NCBI RefSeq assembly: GCF_004010195.1
Contig: NC_057751.1
Coordinates: 11,803,901 to 11,827,281 of the forward strand
Direction of reading: 5' to 3'
DNA length: 23,381 nt
Origin: Chiloscyllium plagiosum
Lineage: Eukaryota
In this document: piece after piece, positions 1 through 11,603 of the stretch
How the letters are laid out: each line of letters begins with the position of its first letter
Numbering within the stretch: position 1 is the first letter of the stretch
Notes under the pieces: model-generated
The model's database searches: none
Seen by the model: the letters and a program-made list of their open reading frames with translations, nothing else
What the model was told of the DNA's origin: nothing
Position numbers and translations under genes: made by a program

Positions 1-1475
1 CGTAAGATAGTCCCGCCATTCTGGGAATTAACCTCGTGAACCTACGCTGCACTCCCTCAATAGCCAGAATGTCTTTCCTCAAATTTGGAGACCAAAACTG
101 CGCAAAGGTGCGGTCTCACCAGGGCCCTGTACAGCTGCAGAAGGACCTCTTTGCTTCTATACTCAATTCCGCTTGTTATGAAGGCCAGCATTCTATTAGC
201 TTTCTTCACTGCTTGCGGTACCTGCATGCTTGCTTTCTTTGACTGATGTACAAGAATATCTAGATCTCGTTGTACTGCCCCTTTACCTAACTTGACTCCA
301 TTTAGGTAGTAATCTGCCTTCCTATTCATGCCACACATTTATTCATATTAAACTGCATTTGCCATGCATCCGTTCACTCACCTAACCTGTCCAGGTCACC
401 CTGTATTCTCCTAACATCCTCCTGACATTTCACCCTGCCACCCAGCTTTGTGTCATCAGCAAATTTACTAATATTACTTTTAATACCTTCATCTATATCG
501 TTAATGTACATTGTAAAAAGCTGCGGTCCCAGCACTGATCCCTGCGGCACACCACTGGTCACTGCCTGCCATTCCGAAAGGGAGCCGTTTATCACTACTC
601 TGTTTCCTGTCAGCCAACTAATTTTCAATCCATGTCAGTATTTTGCCCCTAATATTGCTCACTAAACTCCTATGTGGGACTTTATCAAAGACTTTCTGAA
701 AGTCCAGGTATACTACATCCACTGGATCTCCCTTGTCCATCTTCAGTTACATCCTTTAAAAATTACAGAAGATCAGTCAAGCATGATTTCCCCTTCATAA
801 ATCCATGCTGACTCTGACCTATCCTGTTACTGCTATCCAGATGTGTTGTAATTTTGTCCTTTATAATTGACTCCAGCATTTTTCCCACCACTGAGGTCAG
901 ACTAACTGGTCTATAATTCTGTTTTCTTTCTCCCTCCTTTCTTAAAAAGTGGGACAACATTAGCCACCCTCCAATCCGCAGGAACTGATCCTGAATCTAT
1001 AGAACATTGGAAAATGATCACCAATGCATCCACAATTTCTAGAGCCACCTCCTTCAGTACCCTGGGATGCAGACCATCAGGTCCCGGGGACTTATCAGCC
1101 TTCAGTCCAAACAGTCTCTCCAACACCATTTCCTGCCTAATATAAATTCCCTTAAGGTCCTTCAGCCACCATTACATCTGGGAGATTGCTCGTGTCTTCA
1201 CCAGTGAAGACATATCTAAAGTACCAATTCAACTCTTCTGTCATTTCTTTGTTCCCCGTAATAAATTCACCCATTTCTGTCTTCAAGGGCCCAATTTTAG
1301 TCGTAACCATTTTTTTCTTTTCACATACCTAAAAAAGCCTTTACTGTCCTCCTTTATATTTTTTGGCCAGTTTACCTTCGTACCTTATTTTTTCTTTGCG
1401 TATTTCCTTTTTAGTCATCCTCTGTTGTTCTTTAAAAGCTTCCCAGTCCTCCGATTTCCCAGTCATCTTTGCTAT
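1..1475 (-). mobile_element. CR1-clade non-LTR retrotransposon (LINE), frameshifted ORF2 reverse-transcriptase fragment; continues beyond the left edge
   Basis: Minus-strand ORF pieces carry canonical CR1 ORF2 motifs: KSPGPDGLHPRVLKE (911-1129), NYRPVSLTSVVGKMLE...QHGFMKGKSCLT (763-960), SGVPQGSVLGP...ISKFADDTKL (374-628), LYRALVRPHL (57-338). Several frameshifts. Confidence 0.95.
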
Positions 1476-2311
1476 GAATTGGACAGATGGGCAGAGAAAT
1501 GGCAGATGGAGTTTATTCTGGGCAAATGAGAGATGGTGCATTTTGGAAGATCCAATTCAAGACCGAACTATACAGTAAATGGAAAGGTCCTGGGGAAAAT
1601 TGATGTACACAGAGATTTGGTTGTTCAGGTCCATTGCTCCCTGAAGGTGGCAACGCAGGTCAGTAAAGTGGTCAAGAAGGCATATGACATGCTCTCCTTC
1701 ATTGTGGGGGGTATGAGTACAAGAGTTGGCTGGTCATGTTACAGTTGTATAGGATTTTGGGTCGGCCGCATTTGGAATACTGCGTACAGTTCTGGTCGCC
1801 ACATTACCAAAAGGATGTGAATGCTTTGGAGAGGGCGCAGAAGAGGTTCACCGGGATGTTGCCTTGTATGGAGGGTGCTAGCTATGAAGAGAGGTTGAAT
1901 AGATTAGGATTATTTTCATTAGAAAGACAGAGGTTGAGGGGGGACCTGATTGAGGTTTACAAAATCATGAGAGGTATTTATCAGGGTGGAGAGCAAGAAG
2001 CTTTTTCCCCAGAGTGTGGAACTCAATTACTAGAGGTCATGAGTTCTAAGTGAGAGGGGAAAGGTTTAGGGGAGATATGTAAGGAAAGTTCTTTACACAG
2101 AGGTGGTGGCAGCCTGGAATGTGTTACCAGCTGAAGTGGTAGAGGTGGGAACAATAGCATCATTTAAGATGTATCTGGACAGATACATGAATGGGCAGGG
2201 AGCAAAGGGATAGAGATCTTTAGAAAATAGGCAAGTTTAGATAGAGGATCTAGATCGGCACAGGCTTGGAGGGCTGAAAGGCCTGTTCCTGTGCTATAAT
2301 TTTCTTTGTTC
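1476..2311 (+). mobile_element. 5'-truncated CR1-clade LINE (different subfamily), ORF2 C-terminus plus 3' UTR
   Basis: Translates to VHFGRSN..., RPHLEYCVQFWSPHYQKD...ERAQKRFT, RLRGDLIEVYKIMRG. Ends in a CR1-type 3' tail (GGAGGGCTGAAAGGCCTGTTCCTGTGCT). Confidence 0.92.
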
Positions 2312-2321
2312 ATCAAAGGAC

Positions 2322-2593
2322 TCAGGTGGCTCAGTGGTTAGCACTGCTGCCTCAGAGCGCCAGGGACCGAGGTTCAATTCCGCCCTCTCTGTCTGGAGTT
2401 TGAACATTCTCCCTCTGTCTACATGAGTTTCCTGTGGATGTTCTGGTTTCCTCCCACAGTCCAGATTAGCCATAGTAAATGCAGAGATACAGGGATAGGG
2501 TAGGGGAGTGAGTCTGGGTGGGATGCTGCTCAGAGGGTTTGTGTGGACTTGATGGACTGAATGTCATGCTTTTGTAGTGGGGGGATTCTCTGA
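2322..2593 (+). mobile_element. tRNA-derived SINE of the V-SINE/HE1 type
   Basis: Pol III A box TGGCTCAGTGG (2327-2337), B box GGTTCAATTCC (2371-2381), V-domain-like core GGTTTCCTCCCAC (2445-2457), and a CR1-like 3' tail. Confidence 0.85.
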
Positions 2594-3831
2594 CTCAAGC
2601 AGAGAACATTACCACGGCTGACAATGTCACATGTCACGCAGATAATTAGTTTTGGGTGCCTTTTGGAGCAGTGAGCAGGTAGTCAACTCTGCCTGGTTGA
2701 AAAAAAGGCCTTTGAAACAAATGAGTACGGAACCGTGAGTGGGGCAGACTGGCAGCAGTACTCATGGTACAGTGTGGGGTGGAGGAGGTTAATTAGTATC
2801 AGAGGATGTGTGTAGTAACCAACAATTAGCTTGACAGGATACAATCCTCAATAAAGAATGAATCTTCAGTGCACTTGGGCATTTTCTTTCATGTAGGATG
2901 ACACATTGGCTGTTCCTATGTGTGTTGGAACATTTACTGAACAACATTCTTCAAAGATTAATGACACTGAGGCCATGATATTTATTGGGAGAGTAGGGAG
3001 GGGGCCTGTTTTGCTGAAGGGAAAACTGGAAGGTTATTTCCTTCAGCAGCTGCTTAATTTAATGGGAGGACACAATTAATTTAAAAAAAATCTGTTTCCT
3101 GGCAGCAGCCAGTTGGGTTGAGAGGCAGATCGGCAGGAAGCTGTGCCTGCCTGAGATCACAGCGAGGATTCATATCAGGAAAGAATCATTGATTAGGTTG
3201 AGGAGGGCAAATATTAATGGATTGTTTGGTGAGATTAGAATAGAAGAAAGAAGGGATCAAGGAACAAAGGGAAGGGCAATGATGGCAGAGCCAGAGAGGG
3301 CAATTATGAAGATCATGAGTGTGTTTGAACAGCAGGTTGGGGGTCTGATTGCACGTGAGATGACCGGGTTTGCTTGCGAGATCAGACAAATGGAGGCCTG
3401 GTTTCAGGAGGGTACAGTCTCAGAAGTCCACTGCCTCCTGACCCACAGGTTGTTCTGGAAAAGCACTTTTCTCTCCCATGCAGCACTTCTTGTTATTCAG
3501 CTTCCTCAGGCACGTAGCATGAAAGTTGGAGCAAAGAAAAACATCAGATGCACACAGCCTTTTTTTTAAGCATTTAAATGACAGAATCACCTAATCAGAG
3601 TTGGCTGGTCACCCACTGCCACTCTTGTCCTCATCCCATCTCTGTTTATACTGCAGGTGAACTGGTTTGATTTGGGGTTTGAAATATTTTACTACTTCAC
3701 TTCATAAACCAATCCAAACATATTCTTTGGGGTTAAACGTTCCCTCCAAATATCAAATGTTCAACAAATGAGGCATTTTACCAGGCAATTTAATTAAATG
3801 TCTTTTTGTTATCAATTGTTTTACATTGTAG

Positions 3832-3946
3832 GACGGTGAAGTCATTGGCATTAACACACTTAAGGTGACAGCTGGGATATCTTTTGCCATACCTGCGAAA
3901 AGAATTCAGCAGTTCCTTGCAGAATCTCATGACCGCCAGCTGAAAG
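3832..3946 (+). CDS. HTRA4: HtrA serine protease, internal exon (end of the trypsin-like domain; equivalent to exon 6 of 9)
   Basis: tag|GAC...AAAG|gtatga, 115 nt. Encodes [38 protein letters not shown], a hallmark HtrA sequence. Exon size matches the HTRA1/3/4 family. The paralog is assigned by adjacency to TM2D2. Confidence 0.93.
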
Positions 3947-4661
3947 GTATGAGACAGAAAATTAATCACACATTTATGATTAAAAACAGACTGCTGGTTG
4001 GACTTTTATATTGCACACTGGTTGTTTCTATTGGTATATCTTCAAGGAGACCCACTGTGAGTTGAAACAAAAAAACTTCAACTGCTTTTCATTACGAGAA
4101 CTGCTAAATCAGCAGAAAGGACAGAACACAGCTCTACATTTCTGTGGTGTGCTGCTCATATTTAAAAAAGAATTCCACAGAAAGTGTGAGTCATTTGCTT
4201 TTGCAACCCAATCTCTCAAGGTCCTGTTAACCCAATGGTTCAGTCTGTACATGCCCTATTGTTACTGAACTAACCAGAAGCAGAAGCAATTCCTCCATTT
4301 AACCCCTTGCTGTGCTGAAAAAACTAGTCTCAGTCATTCCAGCATTGCAACAAGGCAAAAACAGTTAACAAGGGAGAAATGGAATCAGGGATACCACCTC
4401 TTAAGCAACACTCTGCAGGCCCAGCCGAAAATTGCATTTGAGAAAGAGGTTGAATTTGTTGTGACATTCCCCTCATCTACCTCCCAGTCGCAAATACATC
4501 TCAGTACTTTGAGTCTGGATGCTTGAGGTCAGTATTGCTGTTGGTGGATGTGCAGCAGAATCCAAGGTTGAATGAATGTTGTCATATTTCCTATATTTTA
4601 TATTCCATAAGCAAGCATAATCCTCCATCGTGAATGTACCATTCTGGTTTTATACCAACAG

Positions 4662-4719
4662 AAAACTCTTCACCCAAGAAGAAGTATATGGGAATAAGAA
4701 TGGTAGCACTTACACCAAG
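4662..4719 (+). CDS. HTRA4: HtrA protease exon (linker and start of PDZ; equivalent to exon 7)
   Basis: cag|AA...CCAAG|gtaagt, 58 nt, phase-compatible with the previous exon. Encodes (E)NSSPKKKYMGIRMVALTP, including the PDZ carboxylate-binding loop YMGI. Confidence 0.93.
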
Positions 4720-5073
4720 GTAAGTGTTGTGTACTGCACTCATTAAGCTTGTTGTAAGACTTTTGTTTTGGAGACTTTTGAATCCAAGCATATCTATGAG
4801 TGTAATGTGTCTGTTTGATCAGGAGTGTTATTGATGAATTGGGATAAGCTTTAAGCAATCACCAAGTGAGGCAATTACCACATTATCATGAGGAAATGTG
4901 CAATATATATGGTTTTGCAATCATGTTGGCTTTTATGTTTCTCACTGCAAAGATGAAGCATTTAAAGTTATCCTGAAGTTGCTGGATTTTACTGTTACAC
5001 AATGCTGTCAGATTTCAATGCATGCAGTTTACAGTTGCACAAGTCATAGAAGGCAAATGATTTTCCGTTTCAG

Positions 5074-5169
5074 TCTCTTGCGTGACCTGAAAATGCGTGA
5101 CAAAGATTTTCCTGATGTTTCTGCTGGGGTTTACATATTTGAAGTCATTCCGGCAACACCTGCTGCAAG
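5074..5169 (+). CDS. HTRA4: HtrA protease PDZ exon (equivalent to exon 8)
   Basis: cag|T...GCAAG|gtatga, 96 nt. Encodes (S)LLRDLKMRDKDFPDVSAGVYIFEVIPATPAA. Confidence 0.93.
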
Positions 5170-6561
5170 GTATGAGATATAAGATAAGTGGCAAGGTATA
5201 GGAACTTGCTGGGTTTTGAAATCCACAGATACGAAGAACATATGTTTTGGTTGTATTCAGTTGCACAGCAACAAATAAATCAGTATTCACTTGATGCTGA
5301 TTGCCCGTGTCAACACACTTAATCCTCCTGTTACTTCTCCTGTCAGTGGTGCATGGGTAGAGGGAAGATGGCTTAGAATGGAATGTGGACGATTGCAAAG
5401 GCTTTTCACGCTATGTTATAAAATTGATTCGACTGGAGCTTTGATCGTTTTCTGACTGTCAAAGCAGTGTACTTTTGTACTACTTCAGATAATCCTTGAT
5501 ACTGCTGTTGTGCAGAGTACATCTTCCCAGTTTACTGCTTGATTCCATCTTCCAAGTGATGGTAATAAGGCAAAATTCAAGAATTCTGCTCAACTAATTT
5601 TGACCATCATTCATTGTTCAAGCTCTCAATATTTCAATTGCAGCCAGGATTGGAGAAGATTAAAAACAATGCATAATATTTTGAACTGACAAGAGATGCA
5701 AAGTTTTCATCTTCTGCATCATAAAGCATTTTCTGCATAGTCATTGGGGTACAAGCAAAGAATAAAAACAACTGTGTGGGGCAAGAAAAATTTTTAGCAG
5801 TTGAAGTTCTCAGACTAATTTCCATCATCACACCCCATTTCTGCTGTCAGTTGGATCATGGTTTGCCACTGTCAATTCAATCTCCACGGTCAATAGAGGC
5901 AGTTCCATCTAACCATTCTTGCTTTAGAAAGTGCAACCCATATTCTCTCTTCCCTGTTCTTTGTTCCTAGATCTGGCTTCAAATGTACTCCAGACTATTT
6001 TAAGTGTCCAATGTATGCTATCTGTGGAGGATCTGGTTTCCCATTCTCATTCAGTTCCAGTGAGAGAATTATCCCTCCTGCAGTAAAGAGACAATTTGAG
6101 TTTTGGACTTAAATGTAATTAGGAATGAGCAGACAGAACTTTACTGGGTGTGATCTACCTGACCTGAGATGCAAAATGATGGATTAATTTCTCAGCTGTA
6201 CTTGCTGACACTAAACACTTTTTTTTTGTACTGAAGTTAAAATGTTGACTGTTTTCAATGTTTGCTGAAGAATACTGTACTAGCTGGAAATTCCTTGCTG
6301 TCCTCCCCTGCAATGAAGCTTCACCTCTATTAAGCAATAGGAAATGGAACACTTGAAATATTAATTGCTGTCTTTTCTAATTGTATAATTGATTCATCAA
6401 CACCATTTGTGCTATGCAAAAAACAGGACAGTGGTGATTTTCTTGTTGTAAAATGGCTTGTTGTCAAAGGGAACAGATTTTACAGTAAGTTAATCAACAG
6501 TCTGGCCACTGAGCTTCAGTGCCTATTAATACCAGTGATATTATCACTAATCTTATTCAGT

Positions 6562-6635
6562 GATCAGGTCAGCCATGATCTTATTGAATTGCAGAACAGG
6601 CTCAAGGGGTTAAATGACTGATTTCTACTCTGATT
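6562..6635 (+). mobile_element. Short CR1 3'-tail remnant in the last HTRA4 intron
   Basis: TCAGCCATGATCTTATTGAATTGCAGAACAGGCTCAAGGGG resembles the reverse complement of the CR1 3' end at 22404-22480. Confidence 0.65.
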
Positions 6636-6764
6636 TTGAATGTTGTTTTGTGTGTTTGGTTGTTTTCATACAATTCACTGCTGTAGTTACACAAAATTCA
6701 AAAGTCAATGGTATATTATTGGACAAATGCATTTCCATAATTCTTGAAAATTCTTCACTTTCAG

Positions 6765-6930
6765 TGCTGGTTTAAGAGACCGTGACATCATTATCAGTAT
6801 TAATGGTCAAACAATCACATCTTCAGAACAAGTGAGTGAAGCGATTAAAAACAGTGACACCCTGGGGCTTGTTGTGCGTCGTGGAAATGAAGACTTGATG
6901 ATCACTGTGGTACCTGACATAATTAATTAG
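6765..6930 (+). CDS. HTRA4: HtrA protease terminal coding exon (PDZ C-terminus; equivalent to exon 9)
   Basis: ttcactttcag|T GCT GGT... Encodes (S)AGLRDRDIIISINGQTITSSEQVSEAIKNSDTLGLVVRRGNEDLMITVVPDIIN, with stop TAG at 6928-6930. Confidence 0.93.
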
Positions 6931-7069
6931 AAAAAAATTGTCTTTTTTTAAATTTATACAGACCATTGTAATCAGATTTAAATGTGGTTACTTGAATATT
7001 TTGTTTTACCAGTAGTCTCTTAAAAAAAACTAAGCGTCAAGTGTCATAGTTAGGGGCTTTGCAGGTATA

Positions 7070-7075
7070 AATAAA
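7070..7075 (+). promoter_or_regulatory. Candidate HTRA4 polyadenylation signal
   Basis: First AATAAA, about 140 nt after the stop codon, with T/GT-rich sequence downstream. Confidence 0.55.
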
Positions 7076-7514
7076 AATGATGACTTATATTATCACATCA
7101 TTTTAAAGATTTGTGGTTACTCAGACTTTCAAATGGAGCATAATACAAATCGATCCTGTTGCCTATCTTCTTGAGTATTCTTCAATTTTGAATAATATTT
7201 ATTTCCTTTTAACAACTGTAGTAAAGGATGAAAAGGCAAGCTCCCAAACTGATTTGCAATTCACGAATCTGATACTCGGCTCTGGACTTACCATGGAGGT
7301 GAATTCTGAGCAGGGTTTGGATACAACTGTTGGGAGGTCTGGGAACACAAGAATGGGTTTATCAGTGTTCTGTGGAACTGAAATAGAGGGCACCTTTCTA
7401 ATCACAGCCTGATTGACAAACTGACAGCCTCTCAGCCAAGAAGCCTATTTCACAAAGCTGAACCTCACAGGGCAGATAAAGATTCTGGGGATGTGGTGAG
7501 AAGGATCATTTCAG

Positions 7515-7807
7515 GCTGGTGGTATTACCATTGGACTATTCATCCATAGACTCAGGTCATATTCTGGGATTTGGGTTTGAATCCAGCTATAGCAGATGGT
7601 GACATATGGAATTAGTCTAATGATGACCTTGAAAGCATTGTTGATTGTCAGGTAAAACCTATCTGGCTCACTAATCTCGTTCAGAGAAGGAAACGGTCTC
7701 CTTGCATGTGAACCCAGACCCACAGCAATGTGGTTAACTCTTAATTACAAATGGGCAATAAATACTGCCCTAGTCAGCGATGCCCATGTGAATGAATTTT
7801 AAAAAAA
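7515..7807 (+). mobile_element. DeuSINE-type (SacSINE1-like) SINE
   Basis: Degenerate B box GGTTTGAATCC (7574-7584). Deu-domain-like blocks AAAACCTATCTGGCTCACTAAT (7654-7675) and CAGACCCACAGCAATGTGGTTAACTCTTAA (7715-7744). A-rich end. Family recognised from memory. Confidence 0.7.
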
Positions 7808-8134
7808 GGGACTTTGTCATAACCATCCAGAGTCCCTTCCCGCAACTGTGTACCTCTGCAGCCATAATATTTATTGATGTATTTAGCATTGTGTATTGTC
7901 ATGTGTTACTGAGTGGCTGCACAGGCCCATAGCTGGTTGCTGCTGGAAATTAAAGCCAGACAGGCAGCTGGTTTCCAATGTGTAAGTGGTTTCCCCCGCT
8001 AATTGGAAAGGAGAATGAATTGTCTGCAATGGGACCCAGCCTCAGCAATCAGGACTCCTTGACCACTTTCCCTCAATTCCTCTACGATTTGGATGTGAAT
8101 ATATTTCCTACCTGTAATCCAGATCCCACCGCAA

Positions 8135-8235
8135 ATGTGGCACAGTGGTACTGTCTTTCCCTTTAAGCCATGAGGCTCAAATTCAAGAACCATCTGGTCT
8201 AGAGATGTGTAGTTACAGGTTGATTACAAATATCT
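8135..8235 (+). mobile_element. Degenerate tRNA-derived SINE fragment
   Basis: A-box-like TGGCACAGTGG (8138-8148) and a decayed B-box-like TTCAAG about 35 nt downstream. Confidence 0.45.
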
Positions 8236-9039
8236 GTTACTTGCCAAGCCTCAGTGCCCCATGCCTTCTATTATGCCTGCCCTTCATTTAAAAAGAAGCC
8301 TCATTCCATGAGTGGTTATGATAGCGAGTTGTGCAGTAAATGGTAGTATTCTGCTCCAAAAACTTTCAACTATTGACTTTTCTGCTTCATTTATAACAAC
8401 AGATGTTTATTTGAAGGAGCTAGCAGTCAAGCAATAAGCCAAAAAATTTGCTTCTACTCCTGGCTGGCATTCATTCCAAGAATAATGTTGTTATTCATTA
8501 AATCTATCAGAGTTGTTTGATGCTGCTTCAGATTCTGCTAACACAGCAGTTGTGAGTCAAGCACCACTTTACAGAGACGTTATTTGTACCACTGAAGTGA
8601 AAAGTCCATTGTTTTGCAAATCATTGTTTTGGCCCTTTGTGAAAGCATGATATAGGTAGCAGATTCTTAAAAATGAGAAGTACTCAGGACAGTAATAATT
8701 AGGGAGAAGGCATACGGAACTAGTATTCAGCAGTTCAGAAGCCATCAGGAACAGTGGTAGATATGTTGCTATGCATCATATGCTATATATCCTAATATTC
8801 ACTGGAGTGAACAAATTATAGCATCTTAAAAGACATGCAATTTCAGTACCTTTCACTTGCTTACTCTAACAAAGTATTTCATAGTCCACAAATAGTTTTG
8901 AATTGCAGCAACCTGTTGAAAACCATAGCAACAAACTAGCAGAGAGCAAGATGCTGCTAGCAACAATGAGCAATTAATCTTGGAACATGATTAAGCCTGA
9001 CAATCAAGTTTGTTCTGCATTCAATAAACTAACAGCTGA

Positions 9040-10140
9040 TCTTGACCTTCCTGTGCTATTTCCCCACCTCATGTAATACCTTTGGCTAAAGTCTACCAAT
9101 CTCAAATTTAAAATTAAGAATTGATGTCGTGTAAATGACTGGTCTTTGCAAAAGTGAGTTCCAAACTTCAACTATGTTTCTAAAAGGCTTGGCTCTGACT
9201 TGTCAACCATGTCCCAGTCCAGCAAAAATACCTTCTACGATCTTGAAACATTCAGTGAATGTTAATCTTCTCAATTCCATCAAACATTGAGTGAAATCAC
9301 GATTCATGTTCTAAATTCCAGGAAACTCAACTCAAATTCATGTATCAATTCTAGCAAATCTGCATCACGCTTGGGCTAGCAAAAACTGCCTGAGATCTGG
9401 TATGCAGAATTGCTCAGTACACAAGACATGCTCCAATTGGGGTTGTATATAGCTAAGTACTGACTATTTATTTTTTTTTAAACCAGCTCTCCAAATATAA
9501 AAGTTAGCATTCCATTCCCCTTTGATTATTTTGTATTTTCATGGCAGCTTTTCATGTTACTGCCATTCCCTTGTATTTTTGGACAGCCACTCTTTTTAGC
9601 TTTTCACTCTTCATAAATTACCTGACTTTCTATGCTTTTTAGGGATAAAGTCAATAATGTCATATGTAGTTCGAGTGGAACCCACTGGCTACAGTTTTCA
9701 CATAATTTTAACATGATAACATCCTTGTAATATGATTTTTCATCAACACTGTTTACAATTATGCCTGTCTATATCATTTTCAAATTTTTATGCAATTTTC
9801 TATTTGATCATTTGAGTTGTTAACAACACTCAAATGGTTCAAGCCACAACTCAAATCCTTTTGAAAAACTGTCAGAAACATCCTTCCAACTAAAGTACTT
9901 GACTATTTTGTCCACTCTGTTGCTCAGTGAAATGCTGAACCAGATCAATTATTTGCCGACAGCTCTTTGAGTTTCAACTTTTGGCAACAATATCTCGTGA
10001 GGGGCTTGATCAAATGTCCTATGTAAGTCCATATAAAATACATCCATAGACATTGTTAGGTCCACTGTCATCTCAATCAAAAAATGTAAGTAAACTTTGT
10101 GAAATAAACCTACATGTCACAAATCTATGCCAGCTGTCTG
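9040..10140 (-). mobile_element. Old, highly decayed CR1-type LINE
   Basis: Minus-strand translation near 9995-10047 gives MDVFYMDLHRTFDQAPHE, compared with the CR1 RT motif VDVVYLDFQKAFDKVPH. Patchy similarity to the CR1 at 1-900 is colinear. Boundaries are approximate. Confidence 0.7.
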
Positions 10141-11591
10141 ATTTTCAACATTTTCAATTAATCCTGATGGAGTGTTATTCAAGATATCAGCAATTCACAT
10201 CAGGCTTCATCATTTACAGAAAATAACTCTTTAATATTACACTTACCTTTAACAAAAGACAGCGTAAAAGGGTTTCTAACTTGTGAATGCAATTTAAACT
10301 ACACTGGTTCAAAAAGCACAAAAAAATACTCTCATTCCTGATTAAAACAGACAAAAGGCAAAGGTACTAAGTGGTAAAATCTATTCAAAACAAAACGCCA
10401 CAGATCACAACTTCAGATTTCAAGTCAGTGTTAAATTGTCTCACTGTGTTTTCGATTTTTAGAACAGGAAACATGCTGTCATCTGTGTAGTGATAGTTGT
10501 TGCTTGATTCAGTAGTCGATTGGGTGGACCTGGTTCTTGTTGGAATTCTTTCTTTTAAGCTCTTTTGTTTTTTTCTGTATTTTCCCACCTGAAGAGAGAG
10601 GAGGAGAGATGCTTTCTGTCTGCAGGCTCTGGATGTTTCTTGGCTGCTCAGCTGCCACTTATAGTTTTAGCATAATACAGTACAACCAGGCAACTGTCTT
10701 CAGGCAGAATCTCTCTCGATATCACTCAGTCTCAAATGTACTGCTTCAAAAAGTAACATTGCAATGCACAATTCAAAAATATGCAACATTTGATTTAAGT
10801 TTAAACTCTCGTGGTATTTCAGTTATATGGCAGTATGCCTTCCATTTCAGTTTGTCGCCCCAAAAAAAAGTGGGTTTTTTTTTGGGGTATTCATCCTGCA
10901 GCAGTAATTGTTTTTTAAAAAAACCTCCTATTGATGTATTGCTTCAGCCGTTAACATATGTCTCCATCTCATTGTATTGAAGAGCTAAGCTAAATCAGGG
11001 ATGTCAGCTATTTGGCACTTCTCCCTTCAGCATATCAGCTGCCAAAACGGTGGTGTTGAAGGCATCAATATTACACAAGGCACTGGGGGAACTTTCTGAA
11101 CTTGTTTTCCGCAAGAAAGTGAGCTATTCGTCAGGGAAGCAATGTTTCATTTTAAGGTTTCATCTGAAAGAAAGGCTCTCGGACTGCAGCTACTTCTCAA
11201 GTACAATTAAAGTGGGAGTAGAATTGTGTGTGTACGGAGATTGTGGTCAAATTTTCAGTTCTTATCAACAATTGACCAAATCAAACCATTAGTTTAAAAT
11301 AATTAACAAGGAATTATCATGGATACAGACCTATATTCTTAAATAATTCACTTTTAAGTACCAAACCTCTTCCATTCCAAGTCAAGGCAAAATGTGAAAG
11401 ATTCAAAGATTATGGCATCATTAATAAGCACCACTATTTCTCCAAACTTCTATGCAATGTTGTCAAGAAATTGAATAATTCCATGCTGAAAATGTCTTTT
11501 ATGAAATATCTATTTGCTTTCCAATTCATGCAGTGATGTTTGTCATTTTTCTTTCCCTCTATTTTTCTGTGGCCCTTTTTGGTGCTCGTGT

Positions 11592-11603
11592 TGCCCCCTG
11601 GTG
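11592..11603 (-). promoter_or_regulatory. Candidate CTCF-binding site
   Basis: TGCCCCCTGGTG (minus strand CACCAGGGGGCA) matches the CTCF core consensus and sits in otherwise AT-rich intergenic DNA. Confidence 0.5.

Noticed and set aside
1..524. Terminal direct repeats as LTRs of a giant element
   Set aside because: They are internal CR1 RT-coding sequence, with no TG...CA ends or primer-binding site and no gag or integrase between them.
2322..2395. tRNA gene
   Set aside because: The A and B boxes run straight into a SINE body and tail, so this is a SINE head rather than a tRNA.
3189..3569. 126-aa + strand ORF in an HTRA4 intron
   Set aside because: No similarity to HtrA or any family I recognise, a non-ATG start, and purine-rich low complexity.
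1..3831. HTRA catalytic-serine exon (GNSGGPL)
   Set aside because: Not found by eye. It presumably lies upstream of the window, so its absence is not evidence of pseudogenisation.
10385..10588. 67-aa ORF MGKYRKKQK... as a stand-alone gene
   Set aside because: Its GTG start is simply the first bases after a splice acceptor, so it is treated as a candidate exon instead.
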